NCBI GenBank assembly: GCA_038087875.1 | Contig: CM075991.1 | Location: forward strand, 2,790,001-2,854,000 | DNA from: Malacoraja senta | Lineage: Eukaryota | DNA: 64,000 nucleotides | Direction of reading: 5' to 3' | Part shown: piece after piece, positions 63,901 through 64,000 of the stretch | How positions within the stretch are numbered: position 1 is the stretch's first letter | How the letters are laid out: every line of letters begins with the position of its first letter | Notes under the pieces: generated by a model | Seen by the model: the letters and a program-made list of their open reading frames with translations, nothing else | Told to the model about the DNA's origin: nothing | The model's database searches: none | Position numbers and translations under genes: made by a program

Positions 63901-64000
63901 TTTTTTCCAAGATCTTCTTTCCTCCCACACTCCAAAGTACAGGTTTGTAGGTTAAATGGCTTGGTGAATGTGAAAATTGTCCCTTGTGGGTGTAGCATAG

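Overview
Eukaryotic, repeat-dense vertebrate DNA, most likely a cartilaginous fish. This is inferred from HE1-like V-SINEs together with abundant CR1, Penelope, L2, Rex/Babar, RTE and L1 retroelements. Two host genes lie on the minus strand. The first is a complete 7-exon atrial myosin regulatory light chain gene (MYL7-like, 10885-39027) with a cardiac-type proximal promoter; its last exon lacks one base, probably an assembly error. The second is the last coding exon of a glucokinase-like hexokinase (GCK, 60798-60930), giving the same GCK-MYL7 neighbourhood as in human. Most of the rest is transposon-derived. It includes a CR1 with an intact ORF2, a full-length TSD-flanked L1 interrupted by a gap, four non-autonomous Helitrons and three PIF/Harbinger-type MITEs. 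There are also many short Penelope-derived fold-back insertions carrying minimal hammerhead-ribozyme cores with 10-16 bp TSDs, and a modular GC-rich non-autonomous retroelement family that keeps one covarying stem-loop but has three different 3' tails. There are two 200-N gaps and two local duplications. Coordinates were counted by hand: exon, TSD and terminus positions are base-level, other repeat boundaries are approximate.
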